Shown piece by piece: positions 7,460-16,853 of a stretch of DNA of 32,161 nucleotides. The notes beneath the pieces were generated by a model, which worked only from the letters and a program-made list of their open reading frames with translations, was not told the origin of the DNA and made no database searches. The position numbers were made by a program, and so were the translations under genes. Numbering within the stretch: the first letter of the stretch is position 1; every line of letters starts with the position of its first letter. The stretch is from a virus (lineage: Duplodnaviria; Caudoviricetes). Location: positions 1-32,161 of IMG/VR virus record IMGVR_UViG_3300047551_001193, one strand, 5' to 3'.

Positions 7460-7759
7460 TTATAACATCGCTCCCATTTGAAGTGACATTTTGAATTCGT
7501 CGAACGTCAAGCCGCGTCCACCTTCTGTGATAGCTAATTTATCAGCAGCGGCAAAATAAATTCCTGTATTCGTATCGCTAAAAAAAGCAATCGAGGGAGT
7601 GCTGGCACTCCCTTGAATCACTGCCAATTGTGCGGACATCGTTGTTGATCCGTCTTGCCGGATCGCGTCAAAAATTCCAGCTTCAATTTTATTCATATTA
7701 GTAGCGCCTAACGCTGGCGCTCCACCATTTACCCATGTTGTTTTAACATACTGCGGCAT
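7460..7759 (-). CDS. Short paralog of the tail fibre N-terminal domain
   Basis: First ~80 aa align without gaps to the N-terminus of 7828..9870, including identical RQDGSTTMSAQL. Confidence 0.8.
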   Translation of the reverse strand: MPQYVKTTWVNGGAPALGATNMNKIEAGIFDAIRQDGSTTMSAQLAVIQGSASTPSIAFFSDTNTGIYFAAADKLAITEGGRGLTFDEFKMSLQMGAML

Positions 7760-7762
7760 ACT

Positions 7763-7831
7763 CTACACCTCCGAAAAAATCCACCAAACTAAGAAAGCCA
7801 AAATAATAGCAACGAACACCGCGCAAATCAT
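7763..7831 (-). CDS. 22-aa hydrophobic peptide (not in ORF track)
   Basis: ATGA overlap with the fibre stop; MICAVFVAIILAFLVWWIFSEV; ends 3 nt before the next ATG. Confidence 0.5.
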   Translation of the reverse strand: MICAVFVAIILAFLVWWIFSEV

Positions 7832-9870
7832 TTCGCCAATTGCGCTTCTAGCGCTGTTACTTTTGCATTAAGTTCTTGAATCGCCTTTGTCAAAATGGCG
7901 ATCATGTTTGATTCCGCGATCCCATAAAATTCTTCTGTGTGTACTTCTTTGACAGGCTCGCTGATTGTCTCGGTTACTTGCTCGATGACTGTTTCTGTGA
8001 TGGTGCGTGCAATTTCCTCACCATCTACTTCCTCAATCACTTCACGTTCAACCTGCGTTTCTACATCGCGCGTTATTTCACGTTCGACCGTTTCGCCTGT
8101 TTCGGTTTCCCAAGTACACTCTGATTTTTTGATAACGCTAGTAAGATAAGCCTTATCTTTCAAAACTTCAGCGACTTCCTGCGCAATAAAACCGATTGTA
8201 GGAACCTCTGTATTAAATTTATGCACCGGATGATCTTTCCAAGAAAATTGCACCGGATTGAGTGCCGCAACGATATTCAATGCACCATCTAGCGATACGA
8301 CATCTTTTTTGTATCTTCCGTCAGAAGTTGCGATTGTTGAAGACGTTGCGAAAATTTGACCGTTGACCTGTAGCGGATATGCACCGTTGGAAGTGGTGTA
8401 GCCAATGAGCAAATAGCCTGCGGCGGTTAAACGCATTTTTTCAGCACCAGCACCAGTTCCGCTTTCAAATCTAATATTGGAACCAGCCGCATTTGAAATG
8501 AAAGCGTCTTTCCCATCATTGGTACTATAAATACCAATTTGCAACTTATTTGTTCCGTTATTGGATTGCCATTCAGTATAACTATAGGCATTGATGCCTG
8601 TGTTTGTATTGTTAATAATTTGAATCGGGTTAAAAGAGTTGTCACTACCATCAATCTGCATTTTTGCACTTGGCGATGTCGTGCCGATGCCGACATTTCC
8701 GGCGGAAGTAATAGCTGCTTTTACTGAACCGTTTGTCGAAAAATTTAATGGAATAGCACCAATCGTTCCTAAAGTTACATCTGTTGACGTTGCTGTCAAC
8801 GAACCAGTTCTTGTTCCTGCTACACCTAAATCAAAATAACAAGTGTTTCCTGTGCCACTATTTAATTCGATCGCGCTTTGTCCACTTGATGATATTCCTA
8901 AAATTGTTCCGCTATATCCCCTGCTAAAAACATCAGGTGAAGTCGTGCCGATTCCGACGTTTCCTGCAGAAGTGATGCGCATTTTTTCCGATGAACCAGT
9001 TACAAAATACATTGCACCAGAACCACCATGTAATTGCATACGAGTGCTGTTAAAATCTACATAGCCTTTGTTTGCGGAAGCATCTTCAAAAGCAATCGTT
9101 GGTGTAGTTGTATCTTTTAAGTGCAAAATAACATCAGGTGCAGTTGTTCCGATTCCTACTCTACCGGCAGAAGTTATTGTCATCCTGTCTTGTGTATTAT
9201 AAATTCGCAATGAATTATCGGCATCGTTGCCGTAAATCGAAGCGTCTAATCCATCACTTACAAAACCAACCCCTACATTTCCACTTGTAGCAGATAACCT
9301 TAAATCGCCTTGAACATGAAGTTTTGTGGATGGTGAAGTTGTGCCGATCCCGACGTTTCCAGTTGCTTTAACAACTAGATGGTCGCTCGCATCGTCGGCA
9401 GATAAAGATAAATAAGAATTTGATGAAGTATTTGGTTGAAAATATAAACCTGCTTGTTTTGTGCTTCCGCCAGAATCTAAAGCATTGAATTTATAACCTA
9501 TATTATTTCCATTTGTGTTACTTTCTAACGTAACTCTGGGGCTAGAATCTCTTATAGTTAATCTTGAACTAGGTGCATCTGTTCCAATCCCGACATTTCC
9601 AGATGAATTTATCCGCATTGCTTCTGCCCCACCCTCGCCGAACGCGATGGTGTCTGCGGCAGGGAAAAAGATTCCGGTGTTGCTGTCGCCAGTTGGTGCG
9701 ATTGCAGGTGTTGCGGCTGATCCGGCAATGGTGACAAGCTGGGCACTCATTGTTGTTGATCCGTCTTGACGGAGTGAATCAAATACGCCCTGCTCTAATT
9801 TATTCAGATTCGCGGCGCTAATGGCTGGCGCTGAACCGTCTACCCATGCGGTTTTGCTGTATTGTGGCAT
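7828..9870 (-). CDS. Tail fibre/receptor-binding protein with C-terminal intramolecular chaperone (Peptidase_S74)
   Basis: Five G(N/R)VGIGT repeats; TSDGRYKKDV...GFIAQEV...LTKAIQEL coiled coil. Confidence 0.9.
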   Translation of the reverse strand: MPQYSKTAWVDGSAPAISAANLNKLEQGVFDSLRQDGSTTMSAQLVTIAGSAATPAIAPTGDSNTGIFFPAADTIAFGEGGAEAMRINSSGNVGIGTDAPSSRLTIRDSSPRVTLESNTNGNNIGYKFNALDSGGSTKQAGLYFQPNTSSNSYLSLSADDASDHLVVKATGNVGIGTTSPSTKLHVQGDLRLSATSGNVGVGFVSDGLDASIYGNDADNSLRIYNTQDRMTITSAGRVGIGTTAPDVILHLKDTTTPTIAFEDASANKGYVDFNSTRMQLHGGSGAMYFVTGSSEKMRITSAGNVGIGTTSPDVFSRGYSGTILGISSSGQSAIELNSGTGNTCYFDLGVAGTRTGSLTATSTDVTLGTIGAIPLNFSTNGSVKAAITSAGNVGIGTTSPSAKMQIDGSDNSFNPIQIINNTNTGINAYSYTEWQSNNGTNKLQIGIYSTNDGKDAFISNAAGSNIRFESGTGAGAEKMRLTAAGYLLIGYTTSNGAYPLQVNGQIFATSSTIATSDGRYKKDVVSLDGALNIVAALNPVQFSWKDHPVHKFNTEVPTIGFIAQEVAEVLKDKAYLTSVIKKSECTWETETGETVEREITRDVETQVEREVIEEVDGEEIARTITETVIEQVTETISEPVKEVHTEEFYGIAESNMIAILTKAIQELNAKVTALEAQLAK

Positions 9871-9876
9871 TATTTA

Positions 9877-10341
9877 TCATCCTCTCGCGATTGTGTCGGT
9901 GCGTTGAATTTGAACAGATTCTAAATTAGTCTTGTTGCGGCTGTATAGGATTCTAGAAATCATTATACCACTGTTCGCTGTAACGCTTGCTGTTGATCCG
10001 GCGAACACTCCAATTTCTTGAATATTTGCTACCGCTTCTGCATCGTCCAAAATGGCAATTGTTTGTACTGCTCCAGTTCCAACAATGGACTTGCTAAACA
10101 CCGCCTTGCGGAACACTTCGGAACCTAGTTGTGTATCGCTCGTTGTCACAGAAGCGGATGACGTACCAACCGCAATATACTTTATTTCCGCATCCGTCAC
10201 CGTTCCCCGAAGCGCTTCCCGAAGCAAGTTCAAGCCACTATCCACAACAGTATTTTTTATCGTGCGCTCATGTTCCCAATCGCCATTTTGCGACTTGATA
10301 AAGATATCAAATTGACCTTGCCATCCTGTTCCCTCGTTCAT
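9877..10341 (-). CDS. Tail tip/fibre-attachment protein
   Basis: YIAVGT...TQLGSEVFRK...IQEIGVF motif as in fibre N-terminal/collar domains; start MNEGTGW after AGGAGGT. Confidence 0.6.
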   Translation of the reverse strand: MNEGTGWQGQFDIFIKSQNGDWEHERTIKNTVVDSGLNLLREALRGTVTDAEIKYIAVGTSSASVTTSDTQLGSEVFRKAVFSKSIVGTGAVQTIAILDDAEAVANIQEIGVFAGSTASVTANSGIMISRILYSRNKTNLESVQIQRTDTIARG

Positions 10342-10352
10342 CTTGCCACCTC

Positions 10353-11798
10353 CTAACATGGATAAGTTGTGTCTTCTGGATAAAGCGAATCGGCAACAAT
10401 TGGACAAGCAAAAACGGTATAACTTTGTGTTTCTGTCCAATCTTCCGATTCACTTACCGACTTTAATACAATTAATTTCTCATCGTTGTCTATAACGTTC
10501 CCTGTCGGTTTTTCAATTAGCTGTTTAAAAAAGTTTGTCCATCCGCCTAATGGCTGACCATCTACCGCATGGACATCATAGACAAATGTTCCGTTATCGT
10601 CTAAGTCACGAATTGTTACCCGATCAATCAAAAATTCCCCAGCGCTTAAATTGTACTTCGACAGTGTTACTGTTTGAAGCTGTCCGGCACTAAGTCCGTT
10701 AGTGAACGTTTGATAAGTCAACTCATTAAATATCTTGGTGTACTTTGCTAGTCGACCATTTGCAATATTTATTGCTTGATTTTTATCGTTCAAATTTGGC
10801 AACGTTTCAAGCGCTTCATATACACCTGATACATTTTCTATCGCGGCTCGGCTTGCAATCGCGGCGGCATCTTCAACAACGACAAGCAATGGAATTAAGC
10901 CGATATAAGAAATTGTAATTGTATCCGAAATTCCTAGAACCGCTTGGTTCAAATCTTGCGTTATGGTGTTGCTTCCATAACTCCAATACCATTGAAGCGG
11001 TACGGTCTGACCATCAACGCCATTTACTCCAATCTGATCCGATGCAACTGGAGAACCATTGACCGTAATTGAAGGCGCTTGCGCGATGGGATAGCGTGTG
11101 ACAAATGTTCGCGCTACTCCATCTGGCTTCGGTGAAGGTGATTCATTTGTTATTTGGCTATCCGTTGGTGTCTGACCGCCTCGAATATATTGGCGGTTGC
11201 GATACTGGCTTCGATTCTGTCGAAGGTTTATATTCAGAATTGGCGAATTGTCTATAAGGTTATATCCGGCAGTTTCGGTTGCGCGCTCTTTGAAGTGAAG
11301 GGATTTGTCATAGTCGATATACCAAATGAATCCGCAAATCTCAGCTAATTGGTCTATGGTTTCTGTTACTGTGCCAACGCGTGGGAATTTTGCAATATCC
11401 ATAATGATGCCGGATTGAATTGTTCCAGCAGTTATACCGTCTGCGGTTAAATATTTGGTTATCAAGTCGCTGACAATATAACCGCACGTTTGGCTGGTGT
11501 ATGCTTCGGCGACTAGATAACGGTCTGCAATTTGGTGCTGGTCAATCGCTTCGACATCATAAAAAATAGCATCTGTCTGCATTGGGTTTATGCGATTCGG
11601 ATACATCACGAAACCGCCAAAAATCAAAGCGCCTAAATAGTCATACACTTCCACAGGTACGCCATCGACAATATCCAGCGCTCCTGTTGCATCCACCAAT
11701 CCAAATCGTGCGGTGCTTCGTGCGTTGATTTCATCTTCTATTTGTAATGTTTGCGGTCTATAATAATTTGTCAAATCTACAGGAATGTAAATAGACAT
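10353..11798 (-). CDS. Baseplate hub/minor tail protein
   Basis: Position after the TMP; IDQLAEICGFIWYIDYDKSLHF hub-like motif. Confidence 0.7.
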   Translation of the reverse strand: MSIYIPVDLTNYYRPQTLQIEDEINARSTARFGLVDATGALDIVDGVPVEVYDYLGALIFGGFVMYPNRINPMQTDAIFYDVEAIDQHQIADRYLVAEAYTSQTCGYIVSDLITKYLTADGITAGTIQSGIIMDIAKFPRVGTVTETIDQLAEICGFIWYIDYDKSLHFKERATETAGYNLIDNSPILNINLRQNRSQYRNRQYIRGGQTPTDSQITNESPSPKPDGVARTFVTRYPIAQAPSITVNGSPVASDQIGVNGVDGQTVPLQWYWSYGSNTITQDLNQAVLGISDTITISYIGLIPLLVVVEDAAAIASRAAIENVSGVYEALETLPNLNDKNQAINIANGRLAKYTKIFNELTYQTFTNGLSAGQLQTVTLSKYNLSAGEFLIDRVTIRDLDDNGTFVYDVHAVDGQPLGGWTNFFKQLIEKPTGNVIDNDEKLIVLKSVSESEDWTETQSYTVFACPIVADSLYPEDTTYPC

Positions 11799-11810
11799 TT
11801 TTGCACCCCC

Positions 11811-12665
11811 TTACCACGGGATAAATAAATCTATGTCAGGCAAAAGACTTGTTGAAGGCGTTAATATAGAAAGTGTTATATCGTGTTTAATGCTCAAATA
11901 GCGTTCAATATTGAATTTTTCTAATGCAGATAAAGCCTTATTAAAAATAAGTAATTCAACAATATCGAAATTCGCAAAAGTTGCCGATGATGGATATACG
12001 CCAATATTCGGATACAAGGATGCAGATGGCGTTTCGCAATCCACGCCCATCATCACCGCCGCCGAATCTGTGTTACTTGTATTTCCTCCAGTGGATGCAG
12101 ATGTAACCGAATCATCTAATCGAGAATTGATATAGCTGTAATAATCAAGATTTAAATAGTCTGCTATAGCACCTTGTATGTTATAAGTCCTTGGAATAAC
12201 GTATTCTTCTACACCGTTTATAACCGATTCTCCACTATCTGCGTCAATACGTTTAGCAGTTGCAGTATAACGATTCGGTGTAGAAGTGTTCCCGATTTGC
12301 AAACGCGCTCGTGTGGATCGCAAGCCATCGGAAACAATACAAATTGAACCGCTAGATGGGCGAATCACAGCATAAATTGTTCCACCTGCTGTATTTTTTA
12401 AGATATCCAATCCAGTTGGACAGTATAGAACCGAAGCGCCGCCAAAAGTTACTTGCTTTTGTCCACTCGTTCCGATTTCCGTTATACTTGGTTGGCTACT
12501 CGCTACTGGTTGAATAAAATCGTGCGCGTTTCCGCTTTGATCCGTCCATGTTGAAATTGTTGATCCAATCGCACCGCTTACATTCGACATATCTAGCCAC
12601 ACTTGCAAGCCAGATATTTCAGTTGGGACGAAACTTCGATAAGTCAAAATTCGAAAGAGTGACAA
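11811..12665 (-). CDS. Tail protein with LamG/concanavalin-like domain
   Basis: PTEISGLQVWLD...ISTWTDQSGN...IVELLIFNKALS...IERYLSIKH. Confidence 0.65.
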   Translation of the reverse strand: MSLFRILTYRSFVPTEISGLQVWLDMSNVSGAIGSTISTWTDQSGNAHDFIQPVASSQPSITEIGTSGQKQVTFGGASVLYCPTGLDILKNTAGGTIYAVIRPSSGSICIVSDGLRSTRARLQIGNTSTPNRYTATAKRIDADSGESVINGVEEYVIPRTYNIQGAIADYLNLDYYSYINSRLDDSVTSASTGGNTSNTDSAAVMMGVDCETPSASLYPNIGVYPSSATFANFDIVELLIFNKALSALEKFNIERYLSIKHDITLSILTPSTSLLPDIDLFIPW

Positions 12666-12680
12666 GCCGCCACCCCCTTT

Positions 12681-15338
12681 TTATCTGATTGTGTTATTTT
12701 TTGCTTTAATAACATCTGTCATGTGCGGCGCGATTGTCGAAGCCATGTTCTTTCCATCTACATATAGATTAAAATTAGCGCTTTGAAGTTGATTCATTAA
12801 AGTGGTTTGCGCGAATGGATCAATTGCACCGCCAACGCCAGCAAATGAAGGTTTAGCACTAGTTAAATTTGCCGCCGCGCTTGTTACTTTTCCAACCTTT
12901 GACATAATAGAAGAAATAGCGGCTTCAATATTTTTGCTTTGCGATGCAATTCCATCTAATAAGGATTGCCCCCAACTTTTGCCTGCGTCCTTCCAGCTAG
13001 GATTATATGAGTTTAGCAATTCAACAACTTTTTTATTATTGCTATCTAAAAATAATTGTCGCGCTTCGGCTTGCAATTTATCCTCTTTGTTGATTTGTTC
13101 ATAATGCTTGGATAAAGCCTTTTCGATATTTGCAAAATAGGCTTCTTCATTTAATCGCATTTGTTCGCGTGTTTTTATTTTGTTATCAAAATTCGTTTGA
13201 AGCATAGCCAAATCATTATTTAATTTTGTTTGTTCGGCTTCTGTATCTTTGCGCAATTGTTCTTCTTTTTCTTTGCGCTGGCGCTCGGCATCCAAACGAA
13301 TCCATTCCGCGCGTTGTCGTAAGTCGTCAATTAATACGCGGCGTTTTTCAAGTAAAAGTTCGCGCTCGCGCTTTGCATCCATTTCCTGTAATTCGTCTAA
13401 AATCTTTACGCGTTCTTCTTCGCTTTTTGCGGTAGATAATGAACGAATTTTTTCTGCTTTTGCTTTTTGGAATTCTTTATCGCGCAATGCTTTTTCTTCG
13501 CTGTCTGTTTGCTGATTAATAGCGTTAATTTGAGTATTAATATCTTGCAATTGTGCCTTTGTTGATGAATCTAGAAGCATGATTTGATTATCATAAGTCC
13601 GGCGAATTTGTTCAATGTTTTGATCCGCCATATCCCGAAAAGATTGTTGCACCAAATCATTTGCTTTTCTAGCGTCCGAAACGAATGTATCAAAGTTAGA
13701 ACGCGCCCGATCTTGTTGCTTACTTAATGAATCGCGCTGGATTTGTTCTTCTTGCGCATAACGATTTTTTAATGCTGTAATAATATTTCCACCCAATTCA
13801 TCGCTAGCTTTTACAGATGCTTTAATCAATTTATCTTGTGCATCTGCTAATTCTTTTGATTTTTTAGCCGCATCGCCTTTTGATATCGCCAAAGCATTAG
13901 CCGCATTTCGTTGCTTCTCCATTGCTTCAGTCGCTTTTTGTGTCATGCCTGTCATAATCAATGTGCGGTCTGTCATGTAATCGGTCATTCCAGCATTCTT
14001 GTTTTGTCTTTCGACTGTTTGTTTAATTGTTTCGTTTAATAATTCTGTTTGATATCTCCATTCGGCAGTCGAAAGTGCTGATTGTTTAGCAATCAAACTA
14101 ACTTTTTCAGCCATCATGGAATCCTCAACTTCTTTTTGAAGTTTCTTAAATGAATCTCCTATGCTACCAAATTGACCGACTGTAGCAATCATAAAATCAT
14201 AAAAAGCAATTTTTAATCTATCTATAATTATCTTTACAGCACTATACATAATGCCAAATTTTGCGCTTATGGATTCGGTGGCATAAATAAAAGCGATTCT
14301 GAATTTCTCGTAATTATCCATGAATGATTTAATTGCATAACCCCAAGCAACTACCGCCGCAACGATTAAACCAATGACAGGTAGCGCCGCCGATATACTC
14401 GCGGCAGATGCAGTCATATATGCGGATAATGCCTTTAATGCTGTCGATACATTAATTATCGTTGTCATTAAACTAGACAAAATAAGCAAAAGAGGACCAA
14501 TAGCCGCAACGATTGCGCCAATTACAACAATTGCCTGTTTTATTTCCGGCGACAGCTTTTGAAACTCTTTTAATATCTCATTTACTTTTTGAATAAATTT
14601 GGTGAACGTTGGGAGAATAACTTCGCCCAATTGTTTTCCTAATTCCTTTAAATTCTCCGTAAACATTCGCATCTGATTTGCCGCGCCATCTTGCGTTCTT
14701 GCAAAATCGCCCTGCGCATTTTTCGTCCGATCCATAACGAAAGCATATCGAAGCGCAACCAATTCCGCTTCCGTCATTTTTTCTACTTGCTTCGTTATTC
14801 CTTGCGTCAGCGCAAATGCTTGAAGCTGTGTTTGCGTCATCACAACGCCTAACATTTTTAGGCTTTCCGTTTCGCCTGTGAAAACTCCGTTTAAAGCATA
14901 CATTGCTTGTTCTATCGGAATATTTTTGAACGATGCCAAATCAGCACCCAATTGTGTCAATGACATCGCCATTTTTGCCGCTTCATCGCGTGATATTCCC
15001 ATTGAGGTAGCCATATCACCAAATAACGCCGCCGCATCTAATGCCGATCCACTTGCAAGTCCCATTGATTCAATCGAAGTTTTTGACCATTCAATAACCG
15101 ATGAAGCAGATGAACCGAAAGCAACGTTGACTTTGTTTAGTGATTCTTGAAAATCACTTGCCAATTTTACAGAAGCCGCGCCAACAGCGACTAATGGTAG
15201 CGTAACGCTTGCAGTCAACGTTTCGCCAACCGCTTGGAATTGATCGCGCGCCGCTTCAAGTTTTGCAGACATCTTCGACATTGCATCTGAAAATTCTCTG
15301 ATATCTGCGCCGATTTTTACAACTAATTCATTCAACAA
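12681..15338 (-). CDS. Tape measure protein
   Basis: ELVVKIGAD start, DLASFKN, GETESLK, hydrophobic middle, long coiled coil. Confidence 0.95.
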   Translation of the reverse strand: MLNELVVKIGADIREFSDAMSKMSAKLEAARDQFQAVGETLTASVTLPLVAVGAASVKLASDFQESLNKVNVAFGSSASSVIEWSKTSIESMGLASGSALDAAALFGDMATSMGISRDEAAKMAMSLTQLGADLASFKNIPIEQAMYALNGVFTGETESLKMLGVVMTQTQLQAFALTQGITKQVEKMTEAELVALRYAFVMDRTKNAQGDFARTQDGAANQMRMFTENLKELGKQLGEVILPTFTKFIQKVNEILKEFQKLSPEIKQAIVVIGAIVAAIGPLLLILSSLMTTIINVSTALKALSAYMTASAASISAALPVIGLIVAAVVAWGYAIKSFMDNYEKFRIAFIYATESISAKFGIMYSAVKIIIDRLKIAFYDFMIATVGQFGSIGDSFKKLQKEVEDSMMAEKVSLIAKQSALSTAEWRYQTELLNETIKQTVERQNKNAGMTDYMTDRTLIMTGMTQKATEAMEKQRNAANALAISKGDAAKKSKELADAQDKLIKASVKASDELGGNIITALKNRYAQEEQIQRDSLSKQQDRARSNFDTFVSDARKANDLVQQSFRDMADQNIEQIRRTYDNQIMLLDSSTKAQLQDINTQINAINQQTDSEEKALRDKEFQKAKAEKIRSLSTAKSEEERVKILDELQEMDAKRERELLLEKRRVLIDDLRQRAEWIRLDAERQRKEKEEQLRKDTEAEQTKLNNDLAMLQTNFDNKIKTREQMRLNEEAYFANIEKALSKHYEQINKEDKLQAEARQLFLDSNNKKVVELLNSYNPSWKDAGKSWGQSLLDGIASQSKNIEAAISSIMSKVGKVTSAAANLTSAKPSFAGVGGAIDPFAQTTLMNQLQSANFNLYVDGKNMASTIAPHMTDVIKAKNNTIR

Positions 15339-15954
15339 TGCACTTCACCCCCATTAGCAAGCGTGACCTGTTTTAATACGTCTATCATATCAACCATTGA
15401 CATTACTTTCTTTTTCGCTTTTTCTTTTGGCATAAAGTCGGAAGGTGTAAATGCTTTTCCTTTGCCACGATTTACATTTGCAATCACAGAACAAATAAGC
15501 GCCGAATTGAATAACTCGGCGCGTTGGTTTTCCTTGTGCCGATGGCACAAACTATTAAATTCAGCTAGTGTTAAACGCCAAAAATGATCTTCAGACAATC
15601 GCAAATCATATATACCGATTGACCATAATTCTAACCAATTTGGCGCTTCTACTTTTTTTCCTCTGTTGCATCTTCGTTTTTCCCATAACTAACCGTCATT
15701 AGTTTGGAAATGGTTTCTGATACTACATTAAAATTATCCATTGTAATTAATTCGCCAACCTGATCTAATGTTAAATCTTCTCCGGCTGATTTCAAACTAG
15801 CATATAACAACCCGCGAATGTTTCTCGCTTCTTGCAACCCTTCGCCAATTGTAAAAAGTGACTTGCCTGTCACTTCTTCAAAAATGCTCATAGCGTTTAG
15901 GTCTAATCTCAAATTTCGTTCCCTGTCCAACGCAATCGAGATATTTTTTCTCAT
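15332..15954 (-). CDS. Tail assembly chaperones gpG (15649..15954) and gpGT via -1 frameshift
   Basis: A AAA AAG at 15652-15658 just before the TAG; the -1 frame reads KKVEAPNWLELWSIGIYDLRLSEDHFWRLT into ORF 15332..15604. Confidence 0.9.
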
Positions 15955-15971
15955 ATTGTTAACTCCTTAAA

Positions 15972-16370
15972 TTAAATTGTGCCGATGCTAGGCTGACCAG
16001 TAACTTTGAATGTAGCGCTGTAGCTGATCGCACCATCGACAGGCGCTTCGCTCGAAAACGCTGTGCAAATAACTGTAGCTGTAAAACGCGTAACGGAAGG
16101 ACTTGTTTGGAAGTCCACTGTCGCAGTTACGGTAGATGAAGTATTAATTTGAGTTACAATCGTTGCCGCGCTTGCGGTGTTGTACATACCTTCGATAGTG
16201 ATTTCGCCACCATCGCGCAACCCTTGAATGAATTCGCGGTAACGTCCAGTTGAACCATGAGTTGTAACGTCAATAGTATCGGCAGTTAAGTTTGGTGAAG
16301 AAATAGAAGTCACTTCAGAAATTGTTGTCGATCCCAATTTTAATACTGCGCCTTGTGCAAAAGTTGCCAT
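15972..16370 (-). CDS. Major tail (tube) protein
   Basis: ADTIDVTT...REFIQGLRDGGEITI...SATFKVTGQP. Confidence 0.9.
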   Translation of the reverse strand: MATFAQGAVLKLGSTTISEVTSISSPNLTADTIDVTTHGSTGRYREFIQGLRDGGEITIEGMYNTASAATIVTQINTSSTVTATVDFQTSPSVTRFTATVICTAFSSEAPVDGAISYSATFKVTGQPSIGTI

Positions 16371-16382
16371 TTTTAATTCCTC

Positions 16383-16853
16383 CTAGTTTTCAAATGTTGG
16401 ATATAGGGATAAAGACGGAAAAATAAATACGTTTGGGAAAAGTCCAATTGATTCAACCGATTCTACTAGAATATTATAGCGCGATGTGATAATTCTTTTA
16501 TCTTCATCGCGTTCGGTATCAGTTGTTTCTAGGTAACATTGTACCATATTAAAGCCTGTAAGATTGAAGCGCTTTAAGTTTAAAAGCCGATCAACTTCTA
16601 CCTGTATTTCTTTTGAAGGCTTAAAACCAAGCCGACCGGATTTCGTGTAGATATCTATTCGCGCCTGTACCTCAAAACCCTTCGAACCTAGCTTATTAAA
16701 TCTTCCCTCGGTCATTTGTCCAATAATTACATAGGGAAACGCTTCGTTTGTTGGTGGCTCATCATACAAGCGCGAACCAATCTTTGTCATGAAAGTGGTA
16801 TCACTTGATAGAGCGGTATATATCGCTTTTTGACATTCCCACATCGCAGACAT
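16383..16853 (-). CDS. Tail terminator (DUF3168-like) with C-terminal extension
   Basis: QKAIYTAL...RLYDEPP...FPYVIIG. Confidence 0.85.
   Translation of the reverse strand: MSAMWECQKAIYTALSSDTTFMTKIGSRLYDEPPTNEAFPYVIIGQMTEGRFNKLGSKGFEVQARIDIYTKSGRLGFKPSKEIQVEVDRLLNLKRFNLTGFNMVQCYLETTDTERDEDKRIITSRYNILVESVESIGLFPNVFIFPSLSLYPTFEN

Noticed and set aside
7460-9870. Fibre paralogs as a DGR template/variable repeat pair
   Set aside because: No reverse transcriptase; differences are not adenine-specific; similarity is N-terminal
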